In this document: positions 49,891 to 61,350 of the stretch, one piece after another
Position numbering within the stretch: the first letter of the stretch is position 1
How the letters are laid out: each line of letters begins with the position of its first letter
Assembly: GCA_964631085.1 (NCBI GenBank)
Contig: CAZVWA010000001.1
Span: 2,482-66,481 of the forward strand
DNA from: an uncultured Rubrivirga sp.
Lineage (GTDB): Bacteria > Actinomycetota > Actinomycetes > S36-B12
Direction of reading: 5' to 3'
DNA: 64,000 bases
Made by a program: the position numbers and the translations under genes
The notes under the pieces: generated by a model
The model's database searches: none
What the model saw: only the letters and a program-made list of their open reading frames with translations
Told to the model about the DNA's origin: nothing

Positions 49891-49892
49891 CG

Positions 49893-50465
49893 ATGTCGTC
49901 TGCGCGCGTGGTGCTCGACGAGGCCGACATTCGTCGTGCTGTCCGTCGTATCGCCCATGAGATCACCGAAAAGTCCCGAGGAACCGGTGACCTCGTCCTG
50001 CTGGGGATACCCACCCGCGGTGTCTATCTCGCCCGCCGCATAGCCGCGGCCATCTCCGAGATCGAAGACCAGATGGTTCCGTGTGGGTCGCTAGATGTCA
50101 CTCTGTACCGAGACGACCTACGCCTGCGCCAGGTGCGGGCGCTAGAACCGACCGAGATCCCACCCGGGGGAATCGATGACCGCACGGTCGTCCTGGTAGA
50201 CGACGTTCTTTACTCCGGGCGCACGATCCGAGCCGCGCTCGATGCCATCAACGAGCTGGGTCGGCCGTCGGCGGTGCGTTTGGCCGTCATGGTCGATCGT
50301 GGCCACCGCGAGTTGCCGATACGTCCGGATTTCGTCGGAAAGAACCTCCCCACCGCGAAGGACGAATCGGTAAGGGTCCGATTCGCCGAGGTAGACAACG
50401 TCGACGAAGTCGTCATTCAAGGCGCCAGCGAAGTCGAGCCATCAAGGGGCGTCGATGCTCGGTAA
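49893..50465 (+). CDS. pyrR: Bifunctional pyr mRNA-binding regulator / uracil phosphoribosyltransferase PyrR
   Basis: PRPP-binding motif [13 protein letters not shown] and N-terminal RRIAHEI. First gene of the pyr operon. Confidence 0.94.
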   Translation: MSSARVVLDEADIRRAVRRIAHEITEKSRGTGDLVLLGIPTRGVYLARRIAAAISEIEDQMVPCGSLDVTLYRDDLRLRQVRALEPTEIPPGGIDDRTVVLVDDVLYSGRTIRAALDAINELGRPSAVRLAVMVDRGHRELPIRPDFVGKNLPTAKDESVRVRFAEVDNVDEVVIQGASEVEPSRGVDAR

Positions 50466-51411
50466 GCACCTGCTGTCCGCCGCGGACCTCGACCGCGAGC
50501 AGGCGCTGACGATTTTGGACACCACGACCGAACTCGCGTCCGTTACCGAGCGATCGGTGAAGAAGCTTCCCACCCTGCGGGGGCGCACGGTCGTGAATCT
50601 GTTCTTCGAGGATTCCACGCGCACCCGTCTCTCCTTCGAGTTAGCCGCCAAGAGGCTTTCCGCTGACGTCATCACGTTCTCGGCGAAAGGGTCGTCGGTC
50701 TCGAAGGGGGAGTCGTTGAAGGACACCGCTTTGACGCTCGAGGCGATGGGTGCGGACGCCGTGATCATTCGACACAGCGCATCCGGTGCTCCACTGCGGC
50801 TCGCGACCGCAGGGTGGATCGACGGAACGGTCATCAACGCAGGCGACGGCACTCACGAACACCCCACACAGGCTCTTTTGGATGCGTACACGCTGCGCGC
50901 CCACGTTCGAGATGGTCGGGGGCATCTGGAAGGAGTCCGCGTCGTCATCGTGGGAGATGTGCTGCACAGTCGGGTTGCTCGGTCGAACGTGCTGCTCTTG
51001 CACACCCTCGGCGCGCACGTGACCCTTGTTGCACCCCCGACGCTCCTGCCTGTGGGCGTTGAATCGTGGCCGTGCGAGGTGAGTTACCACCTCGACCCAG
51101 TCCTTTCCGGTGCCGACGCAGTGATGATGCTTCGAGTGCAGGCCGAACGCATGGCGGGTTCCTACTTCCCGTCGACCTTGGAGTATTCGCGGATGTACGG
51201 ACTCGATGCGCGCAGACTCGACCGACTCGACCCGGGTGCCATCGTGATGCACCCGGGTCCGATGAATCGGGGGTTAGAGATCTCGGCAGACGTCGCCGAC
51301 TCGCCCCAAGCGGTGGTGGTCGAGCAGGTTGCCAACGGCGTCAACGTCCGCATGGCGTGCCTATACCTGCTTCTCGGAGGCGCAGCGATGGAAGGGGACG
51401 GCCAGTTATGA
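50455..51411 (+). CDS. pyrB: Aspartate carbamoyltransferase catalytic subunit
   Basis: [17 protein letters not shown] and MHPGPMNRG motifs. Confidence 0.95.
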   Translation: MLGKHLLSAADLDREQALTILDTTTELASVTERSVKKLPTLRGRTVVNLFFEDSTRTRLSFELAAKRLSADVITFSAKGSSVSKGESLKDTALTLEAMGADAVIIRHSASGAPLRLATAGWIDGTVINAGDGTHEHPTQALLDAYTLRAHVRDGRGHLEGVRVVIVGDVLHSRVARSNVLLLHTLGAHVTLVAPPTLLPVGVESWPCEVSYHLDPVLSGADAVMMLRVQAERMAGSYFPSTLEYSRMYGLDARRLDRLDPGAIVMHPGPMNRGLEISADVADSPQAVVVEQVANGVNVRMACLYLLLGGAAMEGDGQL

Positions 51412-52706
51412 CATCAACGATCATTCGTGGCGGAGCGCTTTACGGAGAGGCCGTCCAGGACATAGTCATCGCGGACGGTTCCATCGATGCGATCGTGCCG
51501 ACTGGGCAGATCGCGGCCGATCGACGTTTCGACGTTGAACTCGATGCACGTGGGTGCACGGTCATTCCGGGTCTGGTCGATCTGCACACGCACCTTCGTG
51601 AACCGGGGCGGGAGGACGCAGAGACCATCGCTACCGGGTCGCAGGCAGCTGCCAAGGGCGGCTACACCTGCGTGCATGCGATGGCGAATACCTCGCCGGT
51701 GGCCGACACAGCGGGCGTAGTCGAGCAGGTTTGGCGCCGGGGTGTCGATACCGGGGTCGTCGATGTGCGGCCGGTGGGTGCGGTCACGGTAGGTCTCGGT
51801 GGCGAGCAACTCGCCGAACTCGGCGCAATGGCGTCCAGTGCCGCTGCGGTCCGGGTCTTCAGCGATGACGGTCTGTGCGTCCACGATCCACTGTTGATGC
51901 GCAGGGCGCTGGAGTACGTCAAGACATTCGACGGTGTGATCGCCCAGCACGCACAGGATCCACGGCTTACTCAAGGTGCTCAGATGAACGAGGGCGAGCT
52001 TTCCGGTCGTCTGGGCTTGGCCGGATGGCCGGCGGTCGCCGAGGAGTCGATCATCGCCCGCGACGTCCTGTTGGCTGAACACGTCGGCTCCCGCCTGCAT
52101 GTGTGCCACGTCTCGACAGCCGGTTCGGTGGAGGTCATCCGTTGGGCCAAAGGCCGGGGCATTTCGGTGACCGCCGAAGCCACACCGCACCATCTCCTGC
52201 TGACGGAGGATCTCGTCGAGTCGTTCGATCCCATATTCAAAGTGAACCCGCCGCTGCGCCGAAACGAGGACGTGCAGGCTCTTCGCGAAGCCGTCGTCGA
52301 TGGAACGATTGACATCATCGCCACCGATCACGCGCCCCACCCCCGCGAAGATAAAGATTGCGAATGGGCCGCAGCGGCAATGGGCATGGTCGGTCTGGAG
52401 ACGGCGTTGGCTATCGCAGTTCAGGTATTCATCGAATCCGGTCTTATGGACTGGCACACGCTCGCCGACCGGATGTCCGTGACCCCGGCACGTATCGGTC
52501 AGGTCGCCGACCAGGGCATGCCGCTGTCTGAAGGCTCCGTCGCGAACCTCACTGTTTGGGATCCGACGATGAGCCGAACGCTCGAAGCCGAGTCACTCAC
52601 GAGCAAGAGTCGCAACAGTCCCTATCTCGGCCGGGAGCTACCCGGCTCGGTTCGCCACGTGGTCTTCCGTGGCACAGCTACCGTCGTCGATGGTGGCCTC
52701 GCGTGA
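51408..52706 (+). CDS. pyrC: Dihydroorotase
   Basis: [16 protein letters not shown] and ATDHAPH motifs. ATGA overlap with the pyrB stop. The ORF-track start at 51066 was rejected. Confidence 0.93.
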   Translation: MTSTIIRGGALYGEAVQDIVIADGSIDAIVPTGQIAADRRFDVELDARGCTVIPGLVDLHTHLREPGREDAETIATGSQAAAKGGYTCVHAMANTSPVADTAGVVEQVWRRGVDTGVVDVRPVGAVTVGLGGEQLAELGAMASSAAAVRVFSDDGLCVHDPLLMRRALEYVKTFDGVIAQHAQDPRLTQGAQMNEGELSGRLGLAGWPAVAEESIIARDVLLAEHVGSRLHVCHVSTAGSVEVIRWAKGRGISVTAEATPHHLLLTEDLVESFDPIFKVNPPLRRNEDVQALREAVVDGTIDIIATDHAPHPREDKDCEWAAAAMGMVGLETALAIAVQVFIESGLMDWHTLADRMSVTPARIGQVADQGMPLSEGSVANLTVWDPTMSRTLEAESLTSKSRNSPYLGRELPGSVRHVVFRGTATVVDGGLA

Positions 52707-53311
52707 TGCGGATTTCGATAGCTGTGCTCGCCGAAGACTTCACCGAGCAAGCGTCGGTGTCGAATTGGCCACTGCGGTTGGCCCTCGTCTCTGTGATGAT
52801 CGCCGCGATCGCACTTGCTCTGTGGGGGATGCGGCGGGGCTGGAAGGCTCGGGCGGGTCGTCAGGCAGCCATCGCCGAACCCCCGCTGCTGATCGAATCG
52901 GATATCGCCGGACTGCCGGGGATTTCCGGGCTGTACGTCGGAAGCGCGACCGCCGGCCAGTGGCTAGACCGCATCGCAGTTCACGACCTCGGTGTCCGTA
53001 GCCGAGCCACCTTCTTTCTGTCCCATCGCGGCTTGACTATCGAGCGCGAGAGTGCGCGCTCATTCGTCATCCCGTCGCAAGCTCTTCGTCAGGTGCGCGC
53101 CGACCGCGGAGTTGCCGGCACGGTGCGCGGCAAGGACAGCGTGGTCGTCGTCACATGGGTGCTTGGAGACCACCTCATCGACACCGGAATCCGGGCGGAT
53201 GACGGAGCTGAGCACGGCGCGTTGTTGGATGGGCTCATGGCGATCGTCCCTTCGGATGTGGCGGACGACCTGCCCGACAGCAGCGAGAGAACAGGACAAG
53301 GACGTGAGTAG
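52706..53311 (+). CDS. Conserved pyr-operon membrane protein of unknown function (Rv1382-like position)
   Basis: One N-terminal TM helix ([20 protein letters not shown]) followed by a soluble domain of about 150 aa. The ATG shares one base with the pyrC TGA, and the carA GTG lies 8 nt before its stop. Confidence 0.65.
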   Translation: MRISIAVLAEDFTEQASVSNWPLRLALVSVMIAAIALALWGMRRGWKARAGRQAAIAEPPLLIESDIAGLPGISGLYVGSATAGQWLDRIAVHDLGVRSRATFFLSHRGLTIERESARSFVIPSQALRQVRADRGVAGTVRGKDSVVVVTWVLGDHLIDTGIRADDGAEHGALLDGLMAIVPSDVADDLPDSSERTGQGRE

Positions 53312-54455
53312 CCCGGCAGCACCCTCGCACGAGCCAGCGGTCCTCGTCCTTGAGGACGGTCGGACTATGCGTGGTCACGCCTTCGGCGCCATCGGCGAGA
53401 CCTTCGGAGAGGCGGTTTTCTCCACCGGGATGACCGGCTATCAAGAGACCCTCACCGACCCGAGTTACCACCGGCAGGTCGTGATCATGACCGCTCCTCA
53501 CATCGGTAACACCGGAGTGAACGACGACGACCCCGAGTCGTCGCGTATCTGGGTTTCCGGCTACGTCGTTCGCGATCCTTCCCGGATCGTGTCGAACTGG
53601 CGCGCCACGCGTAGCCTGGACGAGGAACTACGGACCTACGGTGTCGTAGGCATAGCTGGAGTCGACACTCGCGCGCTCACTCGTCACCTGCGCGACGCCG
53701 GCGCCATGCGCGTCGGAATTTTCAGCGGACCAGCTGCCGAGCGTCCGGCGGCGGAATTACTCGCCGCCGTGCAGGCCAGCCCCGGCATGGTGGGGGCTGA
53801 TCTGACCGGGGAGGTCACAACATCCGAGCCCTACACGGTGCCTGCGATCGGAGATGAGTGGGCCACGGTCGTCGCCGTCGACCTCGGGATAAAGTCCATG
53901 ACCCCGCATCGAATGGCCGAGCGTGGGATCACCGTGCACGTTGTGCCGTCTGCGTACTCTTGGGAGCAGATCGCTGCTCTTTCCCCCGACGGAGTGTTTT
54001 TCTCCAACGGACCGGGAGACCCGGCAACTGCCGATCATGCGGTCGGGGTCATGTCCGCAGCACTTTCCTCGGGCGTTCCGGTTTTCGGAATCTGCTTCGG
54101 CAACCAGATCTTCGGGCGTGCGCTCGGTCTGTCCACCTACAAACTCCGGTTCGGCCATCGGGGCATCAACCAACCGGTTAAGGACCTCACTACCGAAAAG
54201 GTCGAGGTCACGGCTCACAACCACGGTTTCGCTGTCCAAGCGCCGATCGGTGAGGAGTTTGCGACTCCGTTCGGTCCGGCCCGGGTTTCGCACGTGTGTT
54301 TGAACGACGACGTCGTCGAGGGGTTGGAATTGGTGGACGGTTCGGCCTTCAGTGTGCAGTACCACCCGGAGGCTGCTGCGGGACCGCACGATGCGGCCTA
54401 TCTTTTCGATCGATTCTCGGCGGCGATCAAACGCAGTCAGAAGGGTGGCCGCTGA
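53304..54455 (+). CDS. carA: Carbamoyl-phosphate synthase small (glutaminase) subunit
   Basis: [14 protein letters not shown], GATase cysteine GICFGNQ and VQYHPEA motifs. GTG 53304 was chosen. The ORF-track start at 53052 was rejected. Confidence 0.93.
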   Translation: MSSPAAPSHEPAVLVLEDGRTMRGHAFGAIGETFGEAVFSTGMTGYQETLTDPSYHRQVVIMTAPHIGNTGVNDDDPESSRIWVSGYVVRDPSRIVSNWRATRSLDEELRTYGVVGIAGVDTRALTRHLRDAGAMRVGIFSGPAAERPAAELLAAVQASPGMVGADLTGEVTTSEPYTVPAIGDEWATVVAVDLGIKSMTPHRMAERGITVHVVPSAYSWEQIAALSPDGVFFSNGPGDPATADHAVGVMSAALSSGVPVFGICFGNQIFGRALGLSTYKLRFGHRGINQPVKDLTTEKVEVTAHNHGFAVQAPIGEEFATPFGPARVSHVCLNDDVVEGLELVDGSAFSVQYHPEAAAGPHDAAYLFDRFSAAIKRSQKGGR

Positions 54456-57400
54456 TGCCCCGCCGCACGGATATCCAGTCGGTCATGGTGATCGGATCCG
54501 GTCCCATCGTCATCGGGCAGGCCTGCGAGTTCGACTACTCCGGAACGCAAGCGTGCCGGGTGCTCAAGGCCGAGGGCCTGCGCGTGATCTTGGTGAACTC
54601 CAACCCCGCAACGATCATGACCGATCCGGAATTCGCAGACGCAACGTACGTCGAGCCGATCACACCGGAGTATGTGGAGCGCATTATCGCCAAGGAACGC
54701 CCAGACGCCTTGTTGCCCACTCTCGGTGGTCAGACGGCACTGAACACGGCTATCGCCCTGCACAGCGCAGGTGTGCTGGAGAGGTACGGCGTTGAGTTGA
54801 TCGGTGCAGACGTCGATGCCATCGAGCGCGGTGAGAACCGTGAGAAGTTCCGCGCAATCGTGGAATCCATCGGCGGCGCCAGTGCGCGTTCGATCATCTG
54901 CCACACGATGGCCGAGTGCGTCGATGCCACCGCCGAACTCGGCTACCCGGTGGTTGTTCGTCCGTCGTTCACGATGGGTGGAGCGGGCTCGGGAATTGCC
55001 TACGACCCCGATGACCTCGAGCGAATTGCCGGTGCTGGTCTACAGGCCAGTCCCACCACCGAGGTCTTGCTCGAGGAGTCCATCATCGGTTGGAAGGAAT
55101 TCGAGCTCGAACTCATGCGCGACCGCAACGACAACGTCGTCGTCGTGTGTTCTATCGAGAACGTCGATCCCATGGGCGTGCACACGGGAGACTCCATCAC
55201 CGTCGCCCCGGCTCTCACCCTGACCGACCGCGAATACCAGCACATGCGTGATGTGGGCATCGCCATCATTCGAGCCGTCGGAGTCGATACCGGCGGCTGC
55301 AACATTCAATTCGCGATCAACCCCGACGACGGTCGGATGATCGTGATTGAGATGAACCCGCGGGTGTCGCGGTCCTCGGCTTTGGCGTCCAAGGCAACCG
55401 GTTTTCCGATCGCGAAGATCGCCGCCCGGTTGGCTATCGGCTACACCCTCGACGAGATTCCCAACGACATCACCCAAGAAACACCTGCATCTTTCGAGCC
55501 CACGCTCGACTACATCGTGGTGAAAGTGCCGCGTTTTGCTTTCGAAAAGTTCCCCGGCGCGGACACGACTCTCACCACCACCATGAAGAGCGTGGGGGAG
55601 GCCATGGCGATCGGCCGCAATTTCCCCGAGGCTCTTCAAAAAGCGCTGCGGTCCATGGAGCGACCTTCGGCAGTCTTCTCATGGCCCCCATCGCGCGCGA
55701 GTGTGGATGTCTCAGATCTCCTCGACCGCATGCGCCGCCCCCACGATGGTCGCCTGGCCCTCGTGCAGCAGGCGTTGTGGGCCGATGCGGGCATCGACGC
55801 TGTGTACCAAGCCACCGGAATCGATCCATGGTTCCTTGATCAGATCTGCCAGATCAACGAGATGGCCGATCGCATCGCGACGATGGATGCGCTCGATGCC
55901 GACGGCCTCGCTATGGCCAAGCGCCTCGGCTTCTCCGATTTCCAGGTTGCGCAATTACGGGGGATGACCGAAGACGAGGCTCGAGAGATCCGGCATTCGT
56001 GGGGCATACGGCCGGCATACAAGACGGTCGACACCTGCGCTGCTGAATTCGAAGCGAAAACTCCGTATCACTATTCGTCCTACGACGAGGAAGACGAGTC
56101 CGATCCGACGGATCGGGACAAAGTAATCATCCTGGGATCAGGTCCCAATCGCATCGGTCAGGGAATCGAGTTCGACTATTCCTGCGTTCACGCGGCGCTG
56201 GCTTTGTCCGACGCCGGATACGAGACGGTGATGGTCAACTGCAATCCAGAGACGGTTTCGACCGACTACGACACCTCTGATCGCTTGTACTTCGAGCCGT
56301 TGACGTGCGAGGACGTGCTGGAGGTGGTGCACGCGGAGCAACGACGCGGTCGTGTTGCCGGAGTAATCGTGCAGTTGGGTGGCCAGACTCCGCTGGGACT
56401 CGCTCAGCGCTTGGCAGACGCCGGGGTGCCGATAGTGGGCACCGCTCCGGAGGCGATCCACCTGGCGGAAGAGCGCGGGGCGTTCGGTCGGGTCCTCGCC
56501 GAGGCCGGTTTACCGGCACCCGATCACGGAACCGCACGCTCATTCGACGAGGCGCAAGCGATTGCAGCTCGAGTCGGCTATCCCGTACTCGTGCGCCCTA
56601 GTTACGTCCTCGGCGGTCGCGGCATGGAGATCGTCTACGACGACGACATGCTCGCCGACTACCTGCAGCGCTCCACAGAGATCACCCGCGAACATCCGGT
56701 GCTCGTCGACCGATTCCTCGACGATGCGATCGAAATCGATGTTGATGCGCTTTTCGATGGCCAGGAGATGTACCTCGCTGGAGTCATGGAGCACATCGAG
56801 GAAGCGGGTATTCATTCAGGGGACTCCGCTTGCGCGCTGCCTCCCATGACTCTCGGTGAAGCGGATGTCGAGCGAATTCGCCGATCGACCCTGGCTATCG
56901 CCCTCGGTGTGGGTGTTCGAGGTCTTTTGAACGTTCAGTTCGCTCTCGCTCAGGACACTCTTTACGTTCTGGAGGCAAACCCCCGCGCCTCACGGACCGT
57001 GCCCTTCGTGTCGAAGGCAACAGGTGTGCCCGTCGCCAAGGCAGCGGCTCGCATCATGCTTGGAACATCGATAGCCGAACTTCGAGCCGAAGGCGTACTT
57101 CCTCGTGCCGGCGATGGTGGAGCCCTACCTCCGGGAAGCGCCATCGCCGTCAAGGAAGCCGTATTGCCGTTTGGTCGATTCCACGGAGTCGATGCAGTTC
57201 TCGGTCCGGAGATGCGATCCACGGGGGAGGTCATGGGCATCGACGACTCCTTCGGTGTGGCATTCGCGAAATCGCAGCAGGCTGCATATTCCGGCGGGCT
57301 ACCGACCCAAGGAGCCGCCTTCGTTTCTCTGGCCAATCGCGACAAGCGGGCGGCGATCTTCCCGATCAAACGGCTGGCCGACCTTGGTTTTCGAATCTTC

Positions 57401-57751
57401 GCAACGCAGGGCACCGCTGAAGTGCTGCGTCGCAATGGAGTTCACGCTGAAGTTTTGCGCAAGCAGCACGAAGGTCGCGGACCAGACGGCACCCCCACTA
57501 CGGTCGAAGCCATCATGGCCGGGGAGATCGACTTGATCGTCAACACGCCGTACGGGGTCGGTCCCCGAGTGGACGGCTACGAGATTCGAACTGCCGCGGT
57601 CACCAAGGGGATCCCGTGTGTGACGACGGTGCAGGGGTTGAGCGCAGCAGTCCAGGGAATCGATGCCCTGGTCTCGGGGGACCCCGGTGTGCGTTCGTTG
57701 CAGGAGCACGGAGTAGATCTAGCGCGCATGCGGACGGCGGAGGAGGTCTGA
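54455..57751 (+). CDS. carB: Carbamoyl-phosphate synthase large subunit
   Basis: [31 protein letters not shown]-terminus, a duplicated ATP-grasp half ([11 protein letters not shown]) and an MGS-like C-terminus. The ATG shares one base with the carA TGA. Confidence 0.96.
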   Translation: MPRRTDIQSVMVIGSGPIVIGQACEFDYSGTQACRVLKAEGLRVILVNSNPATIMTDPEFADATYVEPITPEYVERIIAKERPDALLPTLGGQTALNTAIALHSAGVLERYGVELIGADVDAIERGENREKFRAIVESIGGASARSIICHTMAECVDATAELGYPVVVRPSFTMGGAGSGIAYDPDDLERIAGAGLQASPTTEVLLEESIIGWKEFELELMRDRNDNVVVVCSIENVDPMGVHTGDSITVAPALTLTDREYQHMRDVGIAIIRAVGVDTGGCNIQFAINPDDGRMIVIEMNPRVSRSSALASKATGFPIAKIAARLAIGYTLDEIPNDITQETPASFEPTLDYIVVKVPRFAFEKFPGADTTLTTTMKSVGEAMAIGRNFPEALQKALRSMERPSAVFSWPPSRASVDVSDLLDRMRRPHDGRLALVQQALWADAGIDAVYQATGIDPWFLDQICQINEMADRIATMDALDADGLAMAKRLGFSDFQVAQLRGMTEDEAREIRHSWGIRPAYKTVDTCAAEFEAKTPYHYSSYDEEDESDPTDRDKVIILGSGPNRIGQGIEFDYSCVHAALALSDAGYETVMVNCNPETVSTDYDTSDRLYFEPLTCEDVLEVVHAEQRRGRVAGVIVQLGGQTPLGLAQRLADAGVPIVGTAPEAIHLAEERGAFGRVLAEAGLPAPDHGTARSFDEAQAIAARVGYPVLVRPSYVLGGRGMEIVYDDDMLADYLQRSTEITREHPVLVDRFLDDAIEIDVDALFDGQEMYLAGVMEHIEEAGIHSGDSACALPPMTLGEADVERIRRSTLAIALGVGVRGLLNVQFALAQDTLYVLEANPRASRTVPFVSKATGVPVAKAAARIMLGTSIAELRAEGVLPRAGDGGALPPGSAIAVKEAVLPFGRFHGVDAVLGPEMRSTGEVMGIDDSFGVAFAKSQQAAYSGGLPTQGAAFVSLANRDKRAAIFPIKRLADLGFRIFATQGTAEVLRRNGVHAEVLRKQHEGRGPDGTPTTVEAIMAGEIDLIVNTPYGVGPRVDGYEIRTAAVTKGIPCVTTVQGLSAAVQGIDALVSGDPGVRSLQEHGVDLARMRTAEEV

Positions 57752-58608
57752 TGGCCCAGCAGATCGTCTCCGAAGTCCTCGACAACCGCCGGGTCGGCGA
57801 CTACCACGTACTGTCCCTCACGGCACCCGGCGTCGCTGAGACCGCACTTCCCGGTCACTTCGTCACCTTGGCGATGGGAGGCGAAGAGTCGAGCATGGTG
57901 CTGCGCCGTGCCTTCGCGATACACCAGGTCACCTCGCGCGGTGTTTACGGTGGAACGTTGGACGTGGCCGTCTCCGTTCAAGGTCGTGGCACCAAGTGGC
58001 TTTCCGAGCGTCGCAGACATGATGTCGTGAGCGTCGTAGGTCCATTGGGTCAGCCGTTCTCGCTGCCGAAACAAGGTGTTTCCTGCGTTCTGGTCGGTGG
58101 CGGTTACGGCAGCGCACCTTTGTTCATGTTGGCCCAGGCGCTGCGCGAACGTGGCTGTCGCGTCGACATGGTGATCGGGGCCTCGACGGAAGACAAACTC
58201 TTCGGAGTTCTCGAACTCAAGCGGTTGGCATCGTCATTGACGATCACGACAGACGATGGCAGCTCGGGAGTGCGTGGCAGAGTCACGGACGTCTTAGACG
58301 ACGTTATGAATCGAGCCGGGGCCGACGTCGTTTACGCCTGCGGCCCGATGCCCATGCTCGCAGAGGTTGCCCGGATCTCGACGAAGAAGCGTGTCTACAG
58401 CCAGTGCGCCGTCGAGGAGGCCATGGCTTGTGGCATCGGCGTGTGTATGACCTGTGTGCTTCCGGTCATCGGTGACGACGGTGTGACGCGCATGGTTCGC
58501 TCGTGCGTCGACGGACCGATCTTTCGAGGAGATCGAGTGCGGTGGCGAGACATCAATACGGTCCCGGCGGATGCCCTGGGAGCGCCCGATCATGAGAGTG
58601 GATCATGA
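57751..58608 (+). CDS. pyrK: Dihydroorotate dehydrogenase (class 1B) electron-transfer subunit
   Basis: FAD/NAD-binding ferredoxin-reductase fold and a C-terminal 2Fe-2S cysteine set (ACGIGVCMTC...SCVDGP). The ATG shares one base with the carB TGA. Confidence 0.88.
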   Translation: MAQQIVSEVLDNRRVGDYHVLSLTAPGVAETALPGHFVTLAMGGEESSMVLRRAFAIHQVTSRGVYGGTLDVAVSVQGRGTKWLSERRRHDVVSVVGPLGQPFSLPKQGVSCVLVGGGYGSAPLFMLAQALRERGCRVDMVIGASTEDKLFGVLELKRLASSLTITTDDGSSGVRGRVTDVLDDVMNRAGADVVYACGPMPMLAEVARISTKKRVYSQCAVEEAMACGIGVCMTCVLPVIGDDGVTRMVRSCVDGPIFRGDRVRWRDINTVPADALGAPDHESGS

Positions 58609-59645
58609 GCCGCGCCTTGATCTCCGATGGCGGATCGGCCGATCGCCGACACCCGCCAGTAGACGCTGACACGAGCGTGGATCTCGCGGGAATTCCCTTG
58701 CCGAGCCCCATCGTGACCGCGAGTGGCTGCGCTGCAGCGGGCCGGGAACTCGACGGTTTCTTCGACATCACGAGTATTGGTGCGATCGTGACGAAGAGCA
58801 TCATGCTCAAGCCGCGCTCGGGGCGAGCGACACCTCGGATGTCAGAGACGCCCAGCGGAATGTTGAACTCCATCGGTCTCCAGGGACCGGGCATCGACTC
58901 TTTTCTGCAAAACGATTTGGCGTGGCTGAATCAGCGCGGTGCTCGAACCATCGTTTCGATTGCCGGGGAGAGCGTTGACGAGTACGCGAAATTGGCGGCC
59001 AAACTGCGTGGAGCCGGCGGCTTCGAGGGCATCGAAGTGAACATTTCCTGCCCGAATGTCGCGGACCGCGGACAGGTCTTCGCATGTCGTGCGGATTCCG
59101 CGTCGCAGGTCATCCAGGCAGTGCGCCGCAGTTCGGATCCTCGGGTGCCGATATTTGCCAAGCTATCGCCGGACGTAACAGACATCGTCGAGATCGCCGA
59201 ATCGGTGATTCGTGCCGGCGCTACCGGGCTGTCGTTGATAAATACCTTGCTCGGAATGGTCATCGACACCACGACCATGCGACCCACGTTGGCCGGGGTA
59301 ACAGGCGGACTATCCGGTCCGGCGATCCGCCCGGTTGCTGTTCGCTGCGTGTGGCAGGTCCGCCAAGCTTTTCCGAACATCCCGATCATCGGTATGGGTG
59401 GTGTTCGATCCGGTCGTGACGCGCTGGAGTTCATGCTCGCCGGAGCCACGGCGGTCTCTGTCGGAACCGCGATTTTCAATGACCCGAGTGCCCCCGCCCG
59501 CGTGCATGCCGAGCTTGCGCGGGAAGTACGAGCGCTCGGCTTCGATCGAGTCGAGGATGTCATCGGCTACGCCCACCGGCGTGAAGAGCAACCGATCCCT
59601 CAGCCAGTCGACACCCTCGACGACTGGGATTTCATCACCGAGTAG
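58605..59645 (+). CDS. pyrD: Dihydroorotate dehydrogenase catalytic subunit (class 1)
   Basis: IVTASGC, EVNISCPNV (class-1 catalytic Cys) and IIGMGGV motifs. ATGA overlap with pyrK. The N-terminal ~25 aa may be an over-extension. Confidence 0.9.
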   Translation: MSRALISDGGSADRRHPPVDADTSVDLAGIPLPSPIVTASGCAAAGRELDGFFDITSIGAIVTKSIMLKPRSGRATPRMSETPSGMLNSIGLQGPGIDSFLQNDLAWLNQRGARTIVSIAGESVDEYAKLAAKLRGAGGFEGIEVNISCPNVADRGQVFACRADSASQVIQAVRRSSDPRVPIFAKLSPDVTDIVEIAESVIRAGATGLSLINTLLGMVIDTTTMRPTLAGVTGGLSGPAIRPVAVRCVWQVRQAFPNIPIIGMGGVRSGRDALEFMLAGATAVSVGTAIFNDPSAPARVHAELAREVRALGFDRVEDVIGYAHRREEQPIPQPVDTLDDWDFITE

Positions 59646-59660
59646 CGGGAGCCTTCACCA

Positions 59661-60383
59661 GTGGATAGAGATCAGGAGTCGTCGGCGCCGATAGCCGTAG
59701 CCCTCGATGCACCGGACATCGCCACGATGTCGTCGTGGGCGATGGCGGTCGCGCCCGAAGTTCGCTGCTTGAAAGTTGGCCTGGAGGCGTTTTGTCGCGA
59801 TGGCCATTTCAGCGTCGAGGCCGCGCGCGAAGCCGCGCGCCAGGCTGGGCGCCCCGATATGGCGATCTTCCTCGATCTGAAATTGCACGACATCCCGGCA
59901 ACGGTCGCGGGAGCAGCGCGATCGATCGCAGATCTGGAGCCGACGTATCTGACCGTGCACGCCGCGGGGGGTCCTGAGATGGTTGAGGCTGCAGTTCGTG
60001 CTCTACCCGACACGCGCGTGACGGCAGTGACGGTACTGACCAGCCTGGATCGGGGACTCACCGAAGAGTTGGGCGTCGTTGGCGATCCGGGGGAGATCGT
60101 CGTCCGTTGGGCTCGACTCGCAATCGATGCCGGCGCCCGGGCGCTTGTGTGTTCTCCGCAAGAAGTGGCAGACCTGCGCGCCCTGGTTCCGGCCGACGTC
60201 CACTTGATCACTCCCGGCATCCGCCCCGCGGGTACGGACGCCAACGACCAACGCCGAGCCGCGACTCCCGCGCAGGCGCTTGCCGATGGTTCGGACCTGC
60301 TGGTCATCGGGCGTCCCATCACCGGCCAGCCGGATCCGCGGGCGGCCGCGGCCGCCATCGCGCAGGAATGTGCGGTTCGATGA
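59661..60383 (+). CDS. pyrF: Orotidine 5'-phosphate decarboxylase
   Basis: [18 protein letters not shown] and LTVHAAGG motifs. Confidence 0.92.
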   Translation: MDRDQESSAPIAVALDAPDIATMSSWAMAVAPEVRCLKVGLEAFCRDGHFSVEAAREAARQAGRPDMAIFLDLKLHDIPATVAGAARSIADLEPTYLTVHAAGGPEMVEAAVRALPDTRVTAVTVLTSLDRGLTEELGVVGDPGEIVVRWARLAIDAGARALVCSPQEVADLRALVPADVHLITPGIRPAGTDANDQRRAATPAQALADGSDLLVIGRPITGQPDPRAAAAAIAQECAVR

Positions 60384-60943
60384 CCGAGCACGGGGCGCGA
60401 CCACCGCTGGTCGTTGTCAGCGGTCCGTCCGGTGTGGGTAAGAGCACGGTCGTATCGGAGGTATTGCGCCTGCGCCCGGACGTGTGGTTGTCGGTCTCCG
60501 TCACGACGCGGCAACCCCGACCGGGGGAGACCGATGGTGTGGAGTACACGTTCTGCACGCGGGAAGAATTCGATGCCCTCGCTACCCGCGGGGGACTTCT
60601 TGAGTGGGCAGAGTTCGCCGGCAACCGCTACGGCACTCCCCGCGACGCCGTCGAGCAGCACCGAGCAGCCGGCCACCCGGTGCTTCTCGAGATAGAAGTC
60701 CAGGGCGCCCGCCAGGTTCGCTCCGCTTCGCCCGATGCCACGCTCGTGTTCTTGGCACCTCCGAGCGTCGATGTTCTTCGAGAGCGGCTCACCGGTCGGG
60801 GAACCGAAGACGATGCCGCGCTCCAGGCTCGATTCGCGGCCGCTGAAGCCGAGCTCGCAGCAGCCTCGGAGTTCGACCATGTCCTCGTCAACGCCGACGT
60901 GGGGCAATGCGCCATGGCCTTGATAGACTGCGCCGGCCTCTAG
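60380..60943 (+). CDS. gmk: Guanylate kinase
   Basis: P-loop [10 protein letters not shown] and [14 protein letters not shown] overlap with the pyrF stop. The ORF-track start at 60107 was rejected. Confidence 0.93.
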   Translation: MTEHGARPPLVVVSGPSGVGKSTVVSEVLRLRPDVWLSVSVTTRQPRPGETDGVEYTFCTREEFDALATRGGLLEWAEFAGNRYGTPRDAVEQHRAAGHPVLLEIEVQGARQVRSASPDATLVFLAPPSVDVLRERLTGRGTEDDAALQARFAAAEAELAAASEFDHVLVNADVGQCAMALIDCAGL

Positions 60944-60986
60944 GGAATCCCCTGGGGCGAACACCACCACGAATGAGGACATAACT

Positions 60987-61331
60987 GTGAGTTCCCAACC
61001 TGAGGGCATCACCTACCCCTCGATCGATGACCTGTTGGAGAAGACCGACTCCAAGTACTCATTGGTGAGCTACGCGGCCAAGAGGGCCCGCCAAATCAAC
61101 GCCTACTACTCCCAACTCGGCGAAGGTCTGCTGGAGTACGTCGGACCACTCGTTGAAACCTACGTCCAAGAAAAGCCGCTTTCGATCGCCATGCGCGAAA
61201 TCGACGCGGGCCTTTTGACCTCTGAGCCTTTCGATCCCGCCCAAGCCGCTGCCGAGGCAGCCGAGGAGGCCGCGGCTGCGAGTACCGCGGCCACTGTCGA
61301 TCCGTTCGCGACGGGCGAGGACTCGGAGTAG
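60987..61331 (+). CDS. rpoZ: DNA-directed RNA polymerase omega subunit
   Basis: [18 protein letters not shown] core. GAGGA lies 7 nt upstream of the GTG. Synteny gmk-rpoZ-coaBC. Confidence 0.9.
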   Translation: MSSQPEGITYPSIDDLLEKTDSKYSLVSYAAKRARQINAYYSQLGEGLLEYVGPLVETYVQEKPLSIAMREIDAGLLTSEPFDPAQAAAEAAEEAAAASTAATVDPFATGEDSE

Positions 61332-61350
61332 GCAAGGTCTTGCGGCTGCC

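Noticed and set aside
54296-54454. N-terminal extensions in the ORF track (carB from 54296, pyrC from 51066, carA from 53052, trpC from 37089, kinase from 35432, murD from 5240, ftsW from 6661, gmk from 60107, metK from 62559, pyrK from 57616, and others)
   Set aside because: Each extension overlaps the preceding gene in another frame and translates to Arg/Gly/Pro-rich junk. The conserved N-terminus begins at a downstream ATG or GTG that sits on or next to the upstream stop codon.
59672-61012. 446-aa minus-strand ORF opposite pyrF and gmk, and the similar 396-aa ORF at 48613-49803 opposite pyk
   Set aside because: Antisense to genes with unmistakable family motifs. The composition is typical of out-of-frame GC-rich translation.
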